Shown: positions 26,826-38,984 of the stretch, piece by piece
Position numbering within the stretch: position 1 is the first letter of the stretch
Layout: each line of letters opens with the position of its first letter
DNA from: Botryllus schlosseri
Lineage: Eukaryota
DNA length: 64,000 nucleotides
Assembly (NCBI GenBank): GCA_051294905.1
Contig: CM119371.1
Span: 33,854,001-33,918,000, forward strand
Direction: 5' to 3'
Notes under the pieces: model-generated
Databases searched by the model: none
The model's input: the letters and a program-made list of their open reading frames with translations, nothing else
Told to the model about the DNA's origin: nothing
Made by a program: the position numbers and the translations under genes

Positions 26826-27500
26826 ACACCTGGCCACAGCGGCAACCGGTTATCCACAAAACAGCTTTAACGAATGATCATTATGGGGCGATTTTTTTTG
26901 ACATGTCAAAATAAGTCGAAATTTCGTCGAAATTGTAGCGTTCGGTCAAAAAATTGTCAAAATTGTTTAAAAAGTCAAAATTTTTTTGCAGCTGCATTTC
27001 GTTTTTATCGTAGATGTTTGCACTGTCGGTGAACTTTTCATTTGACATTTTACAGCTTGTAGCCTACTTTACAGGCCTACAGTTATGTCTACTCATTATG
27101 AATCCTAAATGGTCAAATTAAACAGAAATGTTGACATAGTGTAATGCTCAAGGTATCGCAATATCCTAACTAAAGACTACTCCAAGCTGTTTCAACACCT
27201 TTATTTCTACCATATTGCGTGATGTAATTACTGAAATTCTTTATAGGTCCAGATTTCGTTAAAATGAAGTTTTTTTCATGTAAAATTTCTCTGTTTTTAA
27301 GTCAAAAAAGTTTTTTTAGGCAAAACTACTTCGTTAGGATGGACATTTCCAACCAGAATTAATGATTAGTAATACAATTTCAACATTATGTGGGAAAACA
27401 CCTAATTTACATACATGAGGTCAAAATTTGGTTAAATTTAGGTTTTCTCAAGCTAAAAAGATGTCAAAATTTTGATTTTTTTTGGTCAAAAATCCATGCG
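26826..27500. repeat. Interspersed repeat arm, inverted copy at about 40975-41868
   Basis: CACCTGGCCACAGCGGCAACCGGTTATCCACAAAACAGC... matches the reverse complement of 40975-41868. That copy carries extra sequence at about 41270-41510. Confidence 0.8.
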
Positions 27501-27504
27501 ATTT

Positions 27505-27730
27505 TTGCTGATATCTGCGATAGCTGAGAATATCCACTGTAGCGCTAGCTGAGTATATGAGTACATATACACATCCACAGTAGGGATATCTGTGATAGCT
27601 GAGTATATCCACAGTAGTGATAGCTGTGATAGATATAATCAGCTATCACTGCTGCGGATGTGGATATATACTCAGCTATCACTACTGTGGATATACCCAG
27701 CTATCGTAGATATCAGCAAAAACCGCGGAT
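27505..27730. repeat. Short repeat cluster (GATAGCTGAGTATATCCAC) arranged as a small palindrome
   Basis: Direct copies at 27520-27630 followed by reverse-complement copies at 27638-27715. Confidence 0.65.
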
Positions 27731-27929
27731 ATAGAGGTCATATATGCGTCAGCGTCGTTTAGGACGCAGGTATCTCGTCAGACGCATGTATGTGTCCATT
27801 CAGCGCGCAGATATCCGGTCTGGAACATTCCTGGCTGTATTTAGTGCGCTGGTATCAGCTTCGGAGCATGTCCCGATAAAAATAGTGCGCAGGTATCAGG
27901 TCTGAGGCATATCTGGCGCAGAGCAAACA

Positions 27930-28280
27930 TATCCCAGACCCGATGTCCGAGTGACAACACAGTCCGAACACACCACAGGCATGATGCCCGAACACCCCCC
28001 AGACACGATGTCCGAGTAGCAATATACTCCTAACACACCCCATACGTAATGTTCGAACACGCCCTAGACACGCTGTCCGAATAATAGCACAGTCCGAACG
28101 CACCCAAGACATGATGTCCGAACACCTCCCAGACACGATGTCCGAGGGGCAAAAGAGTCCGAACTCACCCAGACACGATGTCCGAACGGCAACACAGTCC
28201 GAACACACCCAAGACACGATGCCCGATCACACTCCAAATATGATGTCCGCTAACACCCCGGACTCGATGTCCGGAAACGT
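27930..28280. repeat. Degenerate minisatellite (GTCCGAACACACCCAAGACACGAT units)
   Basis: Many GTCCGA-anchored units of about 17-24 bp in tandem. Overlapping ORFs show repetitive translation only. Confidence 0.8.
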
Positions 28281-28421
28281 CCTACTAGTACTGCATTTTC
28301 ATGTACAAATGGTGTGTGCTCTTGAAACTGCAATTTAATCACTTTACATTCTCAAAACCGAAATCAAACAGTTATGAACGAATTCTCCTTGAAGCAAACT
28401 TTTATTAAAGATCCTCTAACC

Positions 28422-30295
28422 CAGTGGTTCTTAACCTTTTTTCCTCCAGCGCCCCCTTTTAAAGATTATCGTGCTCCAGTGCCCCCCAACCTCATATTGT
28501 AAGAAATGTAATAAAGACAATGAGTAAGAGGGCGGGTTGTAACAGCACTTCTTCGACCCCCCTAAAAATGATTGCCTTGTGCACCCATAGCGTGATAAAC
28601 CAAACTTCTGAGGGCTTCACCCCAAAGAACCCCGTAGCGTGATATCGATGGTCAGCAAAGTTTGTGTGGCCTGGTCGCTCTAGTTGCCAAAATTTTCTAT
28701 TATGCATGAATGAATAGGTGGTAATTACATATATATACGTCGCTATAAACTTTTTATCCTCTCAGCGTACGTAATCAGATTTACCAGTAGCGCTAAGTGA
28801 GCTGTTGTATTGGAAAATAAAGGGCACTTAATTGATAATTAAACATATACAGGCGTGCCCGTAGGTACAATTAATTCGTTACCAGGGCCGTAACAGCACT
28901 TCGTCAACCCCCAAAAAAACGTTGGTCTTGTGCCCCCCATAGGGTGATAAACCAAATGTCCTGGTGGCTTCGCCCCAAGACCACCCTTTGGCTATCCGCT
29001 ATTTGCTGATACTGGTCATCTACATTGGGTGTGCATTTACTGAGACAGTAATTCTCGCCTAGACGCGCGAAGCGCGAAAAAGTTCACTAATTATTGATTG
29101 AAATGGTCAATATGATCGGGAATTGCATATATATTGATATCAATTTTGATCCTCTCTCTGCTCGCGTAAACAGATTTACCGGTAGAGCTGAGTGATGTGT
29201 GATTGAAAAGGTAGGACACCTCAATAATGATTATGCATCTTCGGGCGTATACCCGTTGGCAGGAACGAAACGGCACTTTGTCAGCCCCCCTCCCCCCTGA
29301 AAAAACTTGGGTCCAGGGCTCCCATAAGGTGATAAACCGACCGCCGCCCATCACGCTGTTCGCTTTTGCCACGATATCAGTTGTACTGTATAGCGAGCCA
29401 GTGCGAAGCGCGAAAATTTTCGATAATTCGTGATAAAATCAGTCAATAAGATCGGGAATTGCATATTATATCTATTGCTATCAATTTCTTGTCCTTTCTG
29501 CTCACGTTACCATATTTACCGGTTGAGCTGAGTGAGGTACAATGTTCCCTGTAAGCTGCGCACGTGCGCAGTGCTGACACGGTCTCTGCGAACAGAAAAT
29601 CTACGTTGCTCACAGCAAACCCGAAGTTATGACCTTTTTTTAGTCGTTACGCACTGTTGTCCTAGGGTCTGCGCAGTGAGTTGGTGAGTGTGCGCAGACT
29701 CGTCAAAACGTAGAGGGAACATTGTGAGGTGTCTTGGAATTTGTAGGGCCCGTAACTAATAATTAAACATATTCGGGCGGGCGGACCCGTTGGTATGACT
29801 TCGTTGCATGATGTCATTTCGTGACCTCCTGTCTGCTATATCAAAATATATAGAATCGCCCAACAGGGATATCGCCAAACAGGGATATCTAGTTCTATAT
29901 ATCCCTGTTGCCCAATCGTACTAAACTAAAAGACGCACACGATTTCAAAATGGTATTTTTTTCACTGGCATATAATTTTTCCCAGCCAGATGGAATTCGT
30001 CTTCTGAGGTTCGGATTGCCAAGACAGGAACATTCCGTGCCTGTCATTTAGGCGCCCATGGGCAATTGAACATATATGTCTTTTGTAGGCTATATATAAC
30101 GAAGTTTTCGATGTTAATTCGCTCTGAATACTCATTAAGGATATGTCCTACTACCACATTATCTACTGCGAAGCCATTTTTCTTCAGCGCTTCCCATAAC
30201 CCAGCGCCCCCCATATCGCCCCCTGAGCGTTTCCGCCCCGTTCAAAATCGCCAGCGCCCCTTGGGGGGCGCTGGAGGCAAGGTTAAAAACCACTG
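28422..30295. mobile_element. hAT (Charlie/Buster-type) element with AGCGCCCCC subterminal repeats, copy 1
   Basis: TIRs CAGTGGTTCTTAACC / GGTTAAAAACCACTG, TSD CTCTAACC/CTCTAAAC (7 of 8). Collinear with 45420-46942. Contains a CAATGTTCCC MITE at 29540-29724. Confidence 0.9.
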
Positions 30296-30727
30296 CTCTA
30301 AACCAAACTATTTTAATATGTTTTGAGCAATCCGCAGTCTAATCGTGTAATGCCTGACTGATGTTAGACCATTGACCGAATTTCCCCTCAATTTAACCTT
30401 TGCCCTAACCTGCAGTTTTTGGGTCGATACCGATACAACCGATAACCCCAATACATTCAGCCGATATTCAAAAGAAGTTGGATATATACACAAGCAATTT
30501 TCAAAGCTTCAGGGCAGCGGTTCTCAACCTTTTTGGACATGCGCCCCCCTTGGCGATGATCAGAAAAATTGCGCCCCCGACCCCCTGCACTTATCGTCAT
30601 GTAAAAAAGAGCACATCCTCTAATACAAAGGCGGGCAATCTCTTTGCTAATCACGGCCGCATTCCAGGGCATAGCCGTAATGAACTAATTCGACGCAAAA
30701 TACCTATGTTAAACTGTACATTTACAA

Positions 30728-32361
30728 TAGGGTGGTCCTTAAAATACGAATTTTGGAAAGTTGTTGGTCTGACCCTGCCAAAATGTTCCTTATGGTTAGA
30801 AAACACACTGCGTAAAATTTTATTGATAATAATTAATTGTTAAAGGTTGCTCAATGGATCCGAAATTTTACCTATATCAGCTATGGAGCATATACAGTAA
30901 ATTCATAGTTGCTATTGGGTCAACGTTGGAAGCCTGGAGTACCTCGTCTGGTTAATAGCTGATCATTGGTGGGAGTACCATGATGACCAATATCATTTTA
31001 TTTTGCCAAGAAAACTCCGAGGGTGTTGGGGCACATCTCGTGGAGGTCAGCAACAACCCCAAATGCAAACTGCTGTTGCTCCTCGTTTTATTGTGAGATG
31101 GGCAGAAATATCTATAAGCATTGCGTTGTACGTTCTGTGTGGTCGTTGGTGACGAACAATGTGAGTGTGAATGCGAATATAGTCTACATATCTAAAGCTA
31201 CAGTGAGGAGGAGTGTAGGGAAACTAGAGTTCCCGTCTGCAGGGTTGATTGGCATGGCGATGTTTAATGACAATCTGGATAAGGGCACCAACCATATTAT
31301 AGTTGTTGCTATAAAAGAGACGGACTATTAGAGTATGTATGTATTAACTTCAAACACATTCCACAGAAGACTTAAATCTAGGGTTATCATATTTTGGAAT
31401 CGGTAACGCAGGACATATTTTTAATATTTCCAGACTTAGAATTGCGGAGTAAAATTCGGAAAAAAATTGTAAAGTTTTCCCAACTTTGTGGTTGGTTGAC
31501 TAAAGAAAAGGTCAACTTTCCGGCTCGAGTTCCGAAATACAGTTTTTCTTTCACATTCTCCGTTGGTTGACTAAAAAAAGGTCGTCACTTACGTTCGAAC
31601 CACGAATTTCCTGTTTATCGTCATTTATGGCCATTTTCACTCAGATCTATCCATCAAATTAGCTCAATAAGCTGTAAAAGAGGACGAATTGCCAAAAATG
31701 GGAGGACATTTAGCCGTCCTCGGGGAACATTTTCAAAAACCTGAAAGTGGAGGGCAAATCCTCCTAAAGGAGGACGTATGGTAACCCTACTTAAATCGAC
31801 AAAGAATAGGCTACAACACTTATTTTGAGAAAACCTGCAACCCCGATGGTGCCTTGAATATCCGGCAGTTAAGTGGAAGGGGAATTCTGGTTTTATTGCT
31901 GAAAAAGCTTCACACTCACATTGTTTGTCTCCAACGATGACACAGAACGTCAAACGCAGTGCTTCAGGATGTTTATGCCCATCTCACAAAAAAAAAAACG
32001 AGGAGCAACTGCAGTTTGCATTTGGGGTTGTTGCTGACCTCCACAAAATGTGCCCTAACATCATCAAACAGAGCTTACTTGGCAAAATAAAATGATATTG
32101 GTCATCATGGTACCGCCACCAATGATCAGCTATTAACCAGACGGGGTACTCCGGGCTTTCCAACGTTGACCCAATAGCAACTATGAATTTACTATATATG
32201 CTCCATAGCTGATATAGGTTAAATTTGGATCCATTGAGCCACCTCTAAACATTAATTATTATCAATAAAATTTTACACAGTGTGTTTTTTTAACCAAAAG
32301 TAACATTTTGGCAGGGTCAGACCAACAACTTTCCAAAATTCGTTTTTTAAGGACCACTCTA
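30728..32361. mobile_element. Foldback element with about 400-bp inverted arms nested in hAT
   Basis: TAGGGTGGTCCTTAAAA...TTTTAAGGACCACTCTA. 30728-31120 is reverse-complementary to 31965-32361. Absent from the sister copy near 43085. Confidence 0.85.
31379..31789. mobile_element. hAT MITE (TAGGGTTACC-type ends) nested in the foldback
   Basis: TIRs TAGGGTTATCATA / TATGGTAACCCTA, perfect TSD CTTAAATC. A similar right end (TATGGTAACCCT) occurs at about 139-150. Confidence 0.9.
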
Positions 32362-33899
32362 CTGTACAACGGTCCATACTCATTCCCGATGAACACCGGA
32401 CTATTCTACTTTTCACAACGACCTATTGTACGCAGCGAAATCGTGAATGATAATGTTATGAATAATTGCTGGGATAGCATATTGTCGCGCAGAGCGAGAA
32501 ATTTTTTCAGATCCACGAATGAATTCCGTAATTAATAGTAGCGGTAACATATATTACTATTAAATGTTTTTTCTTTCTCGGCCCATGTGAACAGATTCCC
32601 CGGTAAAGTTGATGAAGGGAGTGCTTTCGAAAATTTACGGTAAGGTATAAATGATAATGCATCTTCGAGTGGGCCAATTGTTATTAGTCACTTTGTTGCA
32701 TATGATATTATATCTTGACCTCTCCATCGGGATTGTCATTCAATTGTATTGGTAGTGGAAATATATTGAAGTAACATAAAAGTAACATAAACAAATTTAT
32801 TTCGTGAGGACCACGCGATTCCGATTCCGGCTTAGACTGAGAAGGCGCTCCTATAATAAAATCGAGAAATGAAGTGCTAAATTGCGCGGAGCGCGAAGAT
32901 AGTTTCAAGATAAATTAAAATCACTCAAACATTCGGAAGTGAATTTGTAATTTCAATTTGCATGTCGACGACCGCCAACACATACTAATTGAATTAGGTG
33001 TCGACGACCGCACAAATTCCCTTCTACTGCCGCAGGTTGCCCACCCCTTATCTAATAGTCTACATATGGTATATGTTACGCCAAGTTTGAATCCGTATTC
33101 CAGTTGTAGAATCTTTTACATTTCTGACAAATTCCCCCAAACTTGTACAAAAAAACATTGACAACAGGACATCAACTTATTTCAAGGTAGGTTGCACTGA
33201 GACTATTATCCTAATGCTGGTAGTGATTACAGAGAGCACGGCGTTGTTCTGTCCAGCCATGCTAAATTTGATCAGTTTTGCAATTGAATTAAATTGTGTT
33301 GATTTAGGGTAGCCTAATTGAGGGCGAAGCTGGGCAATCTATATTGCATCCAAGTCTGTCTTAGGCAGTGCAGTTCGCCAGCTATTAACAAAGGCTAACC
33401 AGCGCAACGAGCTTTCGGCCACTGCCAAAGCTACAAAGTAATGAATGATTAACACGTGGGAATTGCTCTATATCTTCAAAGAATACCAAATGCTCAATTG
33501 AAGTTGAAATCAGCCTATAATCCGTAGAGTGCGACTGCTGGAGCTTGAATTTGGCAAGCCTTCTTTAATACGGAATAAGTTTCATCTTCAATAATCGTAT
33601 TTTCAGAATCGTTGTGAAACACATGTTTAGTCACAATTTATAAAGACTTTGTCAATTTCTCGCGCACCCCAAGGGGGACGCGCCCCCCAGGTTGAGAACC
33701 ACAGCTTCGGGGCATTTATTTGAACATCTTTACAGCCATTGCAATACTTGAACACGAAATAAACTAGAAAGACTGCATCTGGACACGTGTAAAGGGTAAG
33801 CTATATGAAATATATATCAAGATTCTCAGTCTAGCGGTCAAAGATTATAGTTTCCTGACTACCTTCCGGCATGTTGTGACGTCAAACGCAAATTGCCGA

Positions 33900-34560
33900 T
33901 AATTTTTCTGCTCCAATGGCCGCTACCGATAATTCATTCGAAGTGTGATATCGTCTCGATATTATCGGCGCACCGACAGTCGGTCGGGCTCCAGTATATT
34001 CAATCTCTAGACATCTGGTTAGAGTACCGGGCTTCCTGACAGGCATTTGCGATGAATAAGCAATAAGCATGATATCTCCAGACTTTCTCTCCATCTGGGG
34101 ATTCTGAAGTACGCAATCATGGCCCTTGAGCTCCATCTCGCATTGCGTAGGGATGGAAGTTTATGCCATTTGAATAGTGGTAATCTCCTATTTTCTTTGA
34201 AAGAGCGTCATGCTCTGCACAGGTCATGGATAAACTTAAAATCATCCCTCCATCCACGGTTTTCTAATATTTTATTCTGCAATTCTTGCTTGGTGGATTG
34301 TACCAAGTTTTCGTAGTTTTTACCACATCCTCTACAAATTTGTAGCTGATAGTTGGATTTGTTGAAGACGTTGGATTGAAAAACTCTAATATATGCTTTA
34401 AGAATCGATAATATGATGTTGGCGAACAATATATTGTGGTTTATCAAAACCCTTGCTCATCATTGCATTTTGCAGTTTCGAAACAACGCCATTCTGCCGT
34501 CCAGTATCAACAGATACTGCTGCGGTGTCACATATATGATATTTGAGATTTTCTAATTTT
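33900..34560 (-). pseudogene. Decayed DDE transposase, Spy-like (PHIS group)
   Basis: Minus-strand translation ICDTAAV..DTGRQNGVVSKLQNAMMSKGFDKPQYIVRQHHIID, then GWRDDFKFIHDLCRA*...KWHKLPSLRNARWSSRA. This resembles the DTTxxNTG, CxHHxLD and HxARW motifs as I recall them from Spy transposases. Stops and frameshifts are present. Confidence 0.62.
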
Positions 34561-35281
34561 CCTATACATCATATTCTTCTAATCGGGTTTCTAGACCGCT
34601 GAAAATATCTTGAGTTGTTCTACTTTTGCCTTTTTAAACGCCCAGTTTGATTTGCGTCAGACAAATTGAAATTATTCGGTAAATACAGTCTACATCTAAA
34701 CTCAGAATTAATAATTAATTATTCAATTTTGACTGTAAACAAGAACACAATATGATTGATTCAATCTTGGCAATCACAACTTACCAAAATACTATTTTTA
34801 TTCTTCGCAATTGGAATTGTGTAAGTTAAATTCAACTCAGTGGCTATATATATTATATATAGTCTGTATCTACAAGAGAAGGCCTATCCTTCACACAGTG
34901 AAAACTGGGAAAAAATTTTGAGGGATGTTTTTGTTGAAACAGTCTTAACTTTTGTGAATTTTGAAGTTAGGACCCAAAAGCTCATCATTTGTGACTCGGG
35001 ACACACAAAATTTTGAATTTTTTTTTCAAGTCATAACCCTAACGTACATACCTTCCTCCTATACGTTCCAGCAGAAGTTGGATTATAATGTTGTATTTGA
35101 TTTAAATCGCGGTGTAAGTCTAAGGTATGCTGTGGTTTCGTGTATCAGGGGTGCATATTTCCACCCTGTTGGTGATATAAGGGTGTCAATACACACTTTT
35201 TTCTCTACGTGTTTCATTACGACTTGTAAATTTTATCGATGCAGACTTTCGGTAAAAGGTTTTAATTGTATTAGAAGTTAT

Positions 35282-35590
35282 CAGAGGTGGTCGAAGTAGT
35301 CAAGAAAGCTACTCAAGTAGAAGTAGAAGTAGTGACGATAAAATCTACTCAAGTACGAGTAGAAGTACTTCTGACATGAGCAAACTCAAACTACTTGAAG
35401 TAGAAGTAAAATTGACCGACTTTAAATCTACTCAAGTAAGTAAGTAGTTGTGAAAACGATAATCGTAATTCGTTCACATGGACTGTCAAAAGCTGCAAAT
35501 TGAGCTATGCGGAAGGTGCAGCGAGCTTGATTCATATTGATGCATCCCAGGAGGTTTCAATTTTTGACAGAACAAGCAATCGTCCACATC
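35282..35590. mobile_element. Truncated end of the CAGAGGTGGTC family element
   Basis: Reverse complement of about 18850-19161 and 63300-63604. Confidence 0.8.
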
Positions 35591-35869
35591 ATGGGATGTA
35601 AGTTGCGAACGATGCCAGACGTGTCGAGTAAGACTCGAAACTGAGCAAAGCTAGAAAATGTCTTTGAATACCAAGGAGCTACTCCAATGGAGTTGAACTC
35701 CGCCTTTACTCCGTCGAGCAAGCCTTGAGTTTGAGTTCGAGGCGTCTCTTTGAATACGGGCCTCAGTCTCTCTCGCGCCCATGCGTCTCCATCGTTGTCT
35801 CTGCTGCCAACTTGTAGCACGCATCACTTGCAATACAGGCTTTTCAATGCACTACCATAGTAGTGAGAT

Positions 35870-35985
35870 CTGGGCGATGAGAAAACGGCTACACGTAGAA
35901 GAGGGTCAGCACCGGGATTCGAACCCAATTCTATTGATGTCGTGACTGGAGTATGCTTAACCAACTGTGCCACTCAATTCTTTGG
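35870..35985 (-). mobile_element. tRNA-derived SINE head fragment
   Basis: Reverse strand GTGGCACAGTTGGTTAAGC (A box) ... GGGTTCGAATCCCGG (B box). No complete cloverleaf. Confidence 0.55.
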
Positions 35986-36155
35986 CTAATTGATATAAAA
36001 CGATAGCTTCTGCGTATAACTGGAATCTGTCAAACTCTGGAAATGAAGACCACTATGGGAAAATTGCCCGCTTCGCAGAAAGACCTCAATACATTTGGTT
36101 TATCCTCGAATCAAGTTTATTCAAGTTCAGATTCGCGACGCGATAATGCCCGCAG

Positions 36156-37678
36156 CAATGTTCCCTCTAATTTTTCAAGAGTCTGCGCAAACACGCCAAC
36201 TCACTGCGCAGGCCCTCGGACAACAGTGCGCAACCACCCTCCAATAGGGTGATAAAACTAACTACTGGGGAGCTTCGCCCCCCAGACCCGCCTACGGCTT
36301 TAGGCTTCTTCCGGTACTTATCATGTTGCCTAGATTGGGTGGCCATTTAGTAGTAGCGTCCCTAAACGCGCGAAGCGCGAAAAAAATTCTATAATTCATT
36401 ATTGCATCGGCCAATATGATCGGGAATTGCCTATTTATTGCTATCAATTTTTATCCTCTCCCTGCTCACATAATCAGGTTTACCGGTAGAGCTGATCCAC
36501 TGAGGTGTGTTGGAATAGATAGGCCTTCTAAATAATAATAAAACATCTTCGGGCGTACCCGTTGATATAATGACTTCGTTACATGATGCTATTTCGTGAC
36601 CCCCTATCTGCTATGTCAAAAGATATTGAAATCGCCAAAACGTACTAAAGTAAAAGACATACACGATTTCAAATTGGTATTTCTTAACTGGAAAATAATG
36701 TTCCCTCGATATGGCATTTGTCTTGTTGTGGGACTCGGATCGCCAGGACAGGAACATTCGGCGCCAGCCATTTAGGCGCCCATGGACATGAACAATTACA
36801 CATATAGTTGTATATATCGAAGTTTTCGGTCAGCACCGGGGCAGTCTTTTTCGCCCAAGGTTTTCTCGCTGCTGATCGTTTTCTCGCACTTCTTGGATTC
36901 GCATGTTACATAGCCTTTAGCTTCATATGTCTTGGCGCGTCATGATGTGGTAACGACCGACGCCCAACTGCCCATTTCTATAAATCATGCCTAATTTTTG
37001 TTGGGAAAGGGTACCCAATAATCAGATATCTTACAATAATAAAACGCGCGTAGCGCGAAAAAAAATTCCTGAAAAATTTCAAAAAATACACCATGATTTA
37101 TGATAATTCTCGAAATAATTTCGGACCCCCTTCGAGCTCGGCCCCTCCAATTGGGGGGTTTGGGGTGCGAAAGTTACGCGGTCCTGAGTAAATCTTACGC
37201 AATGTTCATGCCACGCGGAGAAGACTATCATTCGTTAGTTTCTCGCAGATTAACTTCGAGCAAGCCCATTGTTGTTTATAACTTTGTTAAACCATGTTAT
37301 TTCGCCATTCCCAGAAAATAATGCGCTATTGAAATGATATCAGTATCGCTCACGTGTACGAGGCCATACTAAAAAAATATCTTCCATGAGGCGCAGGTGT
37401 TTGTGAACTCTCATTTCTTCACGGAGCGCAATAGTTACCTTTGCGGGGCGCACTTGTACCTCGGTTTCAGACTTCAGTGATAACACTATTTGGCCCTGGC
37501 AATGTTCCATCTTAATTTTCACGAATCTGCGCGCCTGCGTGGTCCATTGGACAACAGTGCGCAACAACTATAAAAAAACATCACTTCTGATTTTTTGTGC
37601 GCAGCGTAGATTTTCTGTGCGCAGAGACCGTTTCAGCACTGCGCATTTGCGCACGTGCGCAGCTTAGAGGGAACATTG
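36156..37678. mobile_element. Expanded 1.5-kb member of the CAATGTTCCCTCTAA MITE family
   Basis: Same TIRs as the 194-bp MITE, perfect TSD GCCCGCAG, and about 1.3 kb of extra interior between two copies of GGACAACAGTGCGCAAC. Confidence 0.9.
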
Positions 37679-37770
37679 GCCCGCAGGCGCTTATTTATTA
37701 AACAACTGCATCTTTCAACTGGTATATCAGTTCATGCGAAAGAAAAATAGCAATAGGCCTGCATCTTGCA

Positions 37771-38110
37771 ACCGACAAGATAGCGTAATGATTAAGCGTC
37801 CGGCTTCTTGATCGGTAGGTCGTGGGTTCGATTCCCGGCCGGGTCAGACCAAAGACCTGATTAGTAGCACTGGTATCCATGGCTTCCCTGCTTGGCGCTC
37901 ATGCATTACTGGGATAACATGGAGGGGTGGTGCATGACTTAAAAAGCCGTAAAGGCTATATCTGCACTTCCTTGTTCAGCGGCATATGCACATCATGCAC
38001 TCATGGTATGCATATGCGCAGATCGTGTGTATGTCTATCGTGAGTCGGTGTATATGCCGCAAAAACATCAAGTACAAAAATAAACTACGTCCTTTCCTTT
38101 TTTCCTTTCC
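37771..38110 (+). mobile_element. tRNA-derived SINE, family A, copy 2
   Basis: A-box-like TAGCGTAATGA, B box GGTTCGATTCCC, conserved body, AATAAA and a (CCTTT)n tail. Collinear with 545-886. Confidence 0.88.
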
Positions 38111-38113
38111 ATC

Positions 38114-38345
38114 TCAAGAGCACTTGCATGATTTCACTACCTCGTTTTTCAAGGTATTGAACACAGAGCGGACGTAACTCGCTTGCAAATCTTGCTCGAA
38201 GTCGGCGGCATATACCTTGACAGTGACATAATAGTCTTGAAGTCGCTTGATCCGTTGATGAACTACCCACTCGTGCTCGGGTCGGAGATACCTGATGCGT
38301 TGGGTAGGTATGTACAGTAGCTTGCGGTGCAAGGACAATACCTTT
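38114..38345 (-). pseudogene. Possible frameshifted TGF-beta-superfamily mature-domain relic
   Basis: Across frames, in order: C.RKLLYI, EWVVH, CQGIC, SYVRSVFNTL and NEVVKSCKCS-stop. These resemble CxxxxLYI, W..I, CxGxC and NMVVxSCxCS. The CCxP segment is missing. Confidence 0.45.
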
Positions 38346-38429
38346 TCAATTATGAGTTATCACAGCATAGGCTACTTCTCATAGGAAATGGCACTATGAT
38401 AAATATTCTCTCTATTTTTTTAATTGCAG

Positions 38430-38511
38430 CGAACGGCGTAATTCTTGTATCAAAGGACTCTTGGTTCTTGAAGCGATGGTACCAAGAATATAAATTCTTC
38501 GACGACAACCA
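38430..38511 (+). CDS. GT32/alpha-1,4-glycosyltransferase-like protein, third-last coding exon
   Basis: Acceptor TTTTTTAATTGCAG, donor GTCAGT. Peptide (A)NGVILVSKDSWFLKRWYQEYKFFDDN(Q) resembles the segment following the DxD motif in GT32-type enzymes. Ends in phase 2, matching the next exon. Confidence 0.85.
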
Positions 38512-38984
38512 GTCAGTTGACCATTATTCACAGACTTCACAAATATAATGCCACATAATGATAATATAATGCGTCCATATATATGTCTGCACTTGATGGC
38601 GCAAGTTGCTATAGCCTTGCATATTACACGAGGACGGATGGATGGATACTAATATTGCTACGGATATGATGACTATATCGAGCTTAATTGTCAACTGATT
38701 CTCAAGTGCATTGACGTAGTCATTGAGTCATTTTTCGATTATTATTCTTATTTTCTACCTAATACAAGTCGTCTGAGTTCGCCCTAGTAGGCCTATTCAA
38801 ATTATATTAGCGGCCAATCGCGATAGTTATAGTCGAGGAACTCGCGAAAGCGAAATAGCGATCAAAATCTAGAATCTTCCCCCTCAGCAATATTAACATG
38901 ACAGTCCAGTCATAATTGTTACAGGCTACGACTCCACTTACTACACTTTCTTATAGCGGACGCTCTTATTGAAATCACAAACAG

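Larger units (their letters stand above)
30515..33704. mobile_element. hAT (Charlie/Buster-type) element, copy 1 of the family also at 42956-51688
   Basis: TIRs CAGCGGTTCTCAACC / GGTTGAGAACCACAG, TSD CTTCAGGG/CTTCGGGG. Interior 32370-33700 is collinear with 43085-43745 plus 51057-51688. Confidence 0.88.

Noticed and set aside
27930..28280. CRISPR-like array
   Set aside because: Units are degenerate tandem repeats without unique spacers, the context is eukaryotic and there are no cas genes.
35557..35833. Overlapping minus-strand ORFs with coding-like composition
   Set aside because: No recognisable domain or splice context. A TE protein relic is possible but I cannot support it.
37771..37845. 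tRNA gene
   Set aside because: A and B boxes are present, but the sequence continues into a repeated body and simple-repeat tail, so it is a SINE head.
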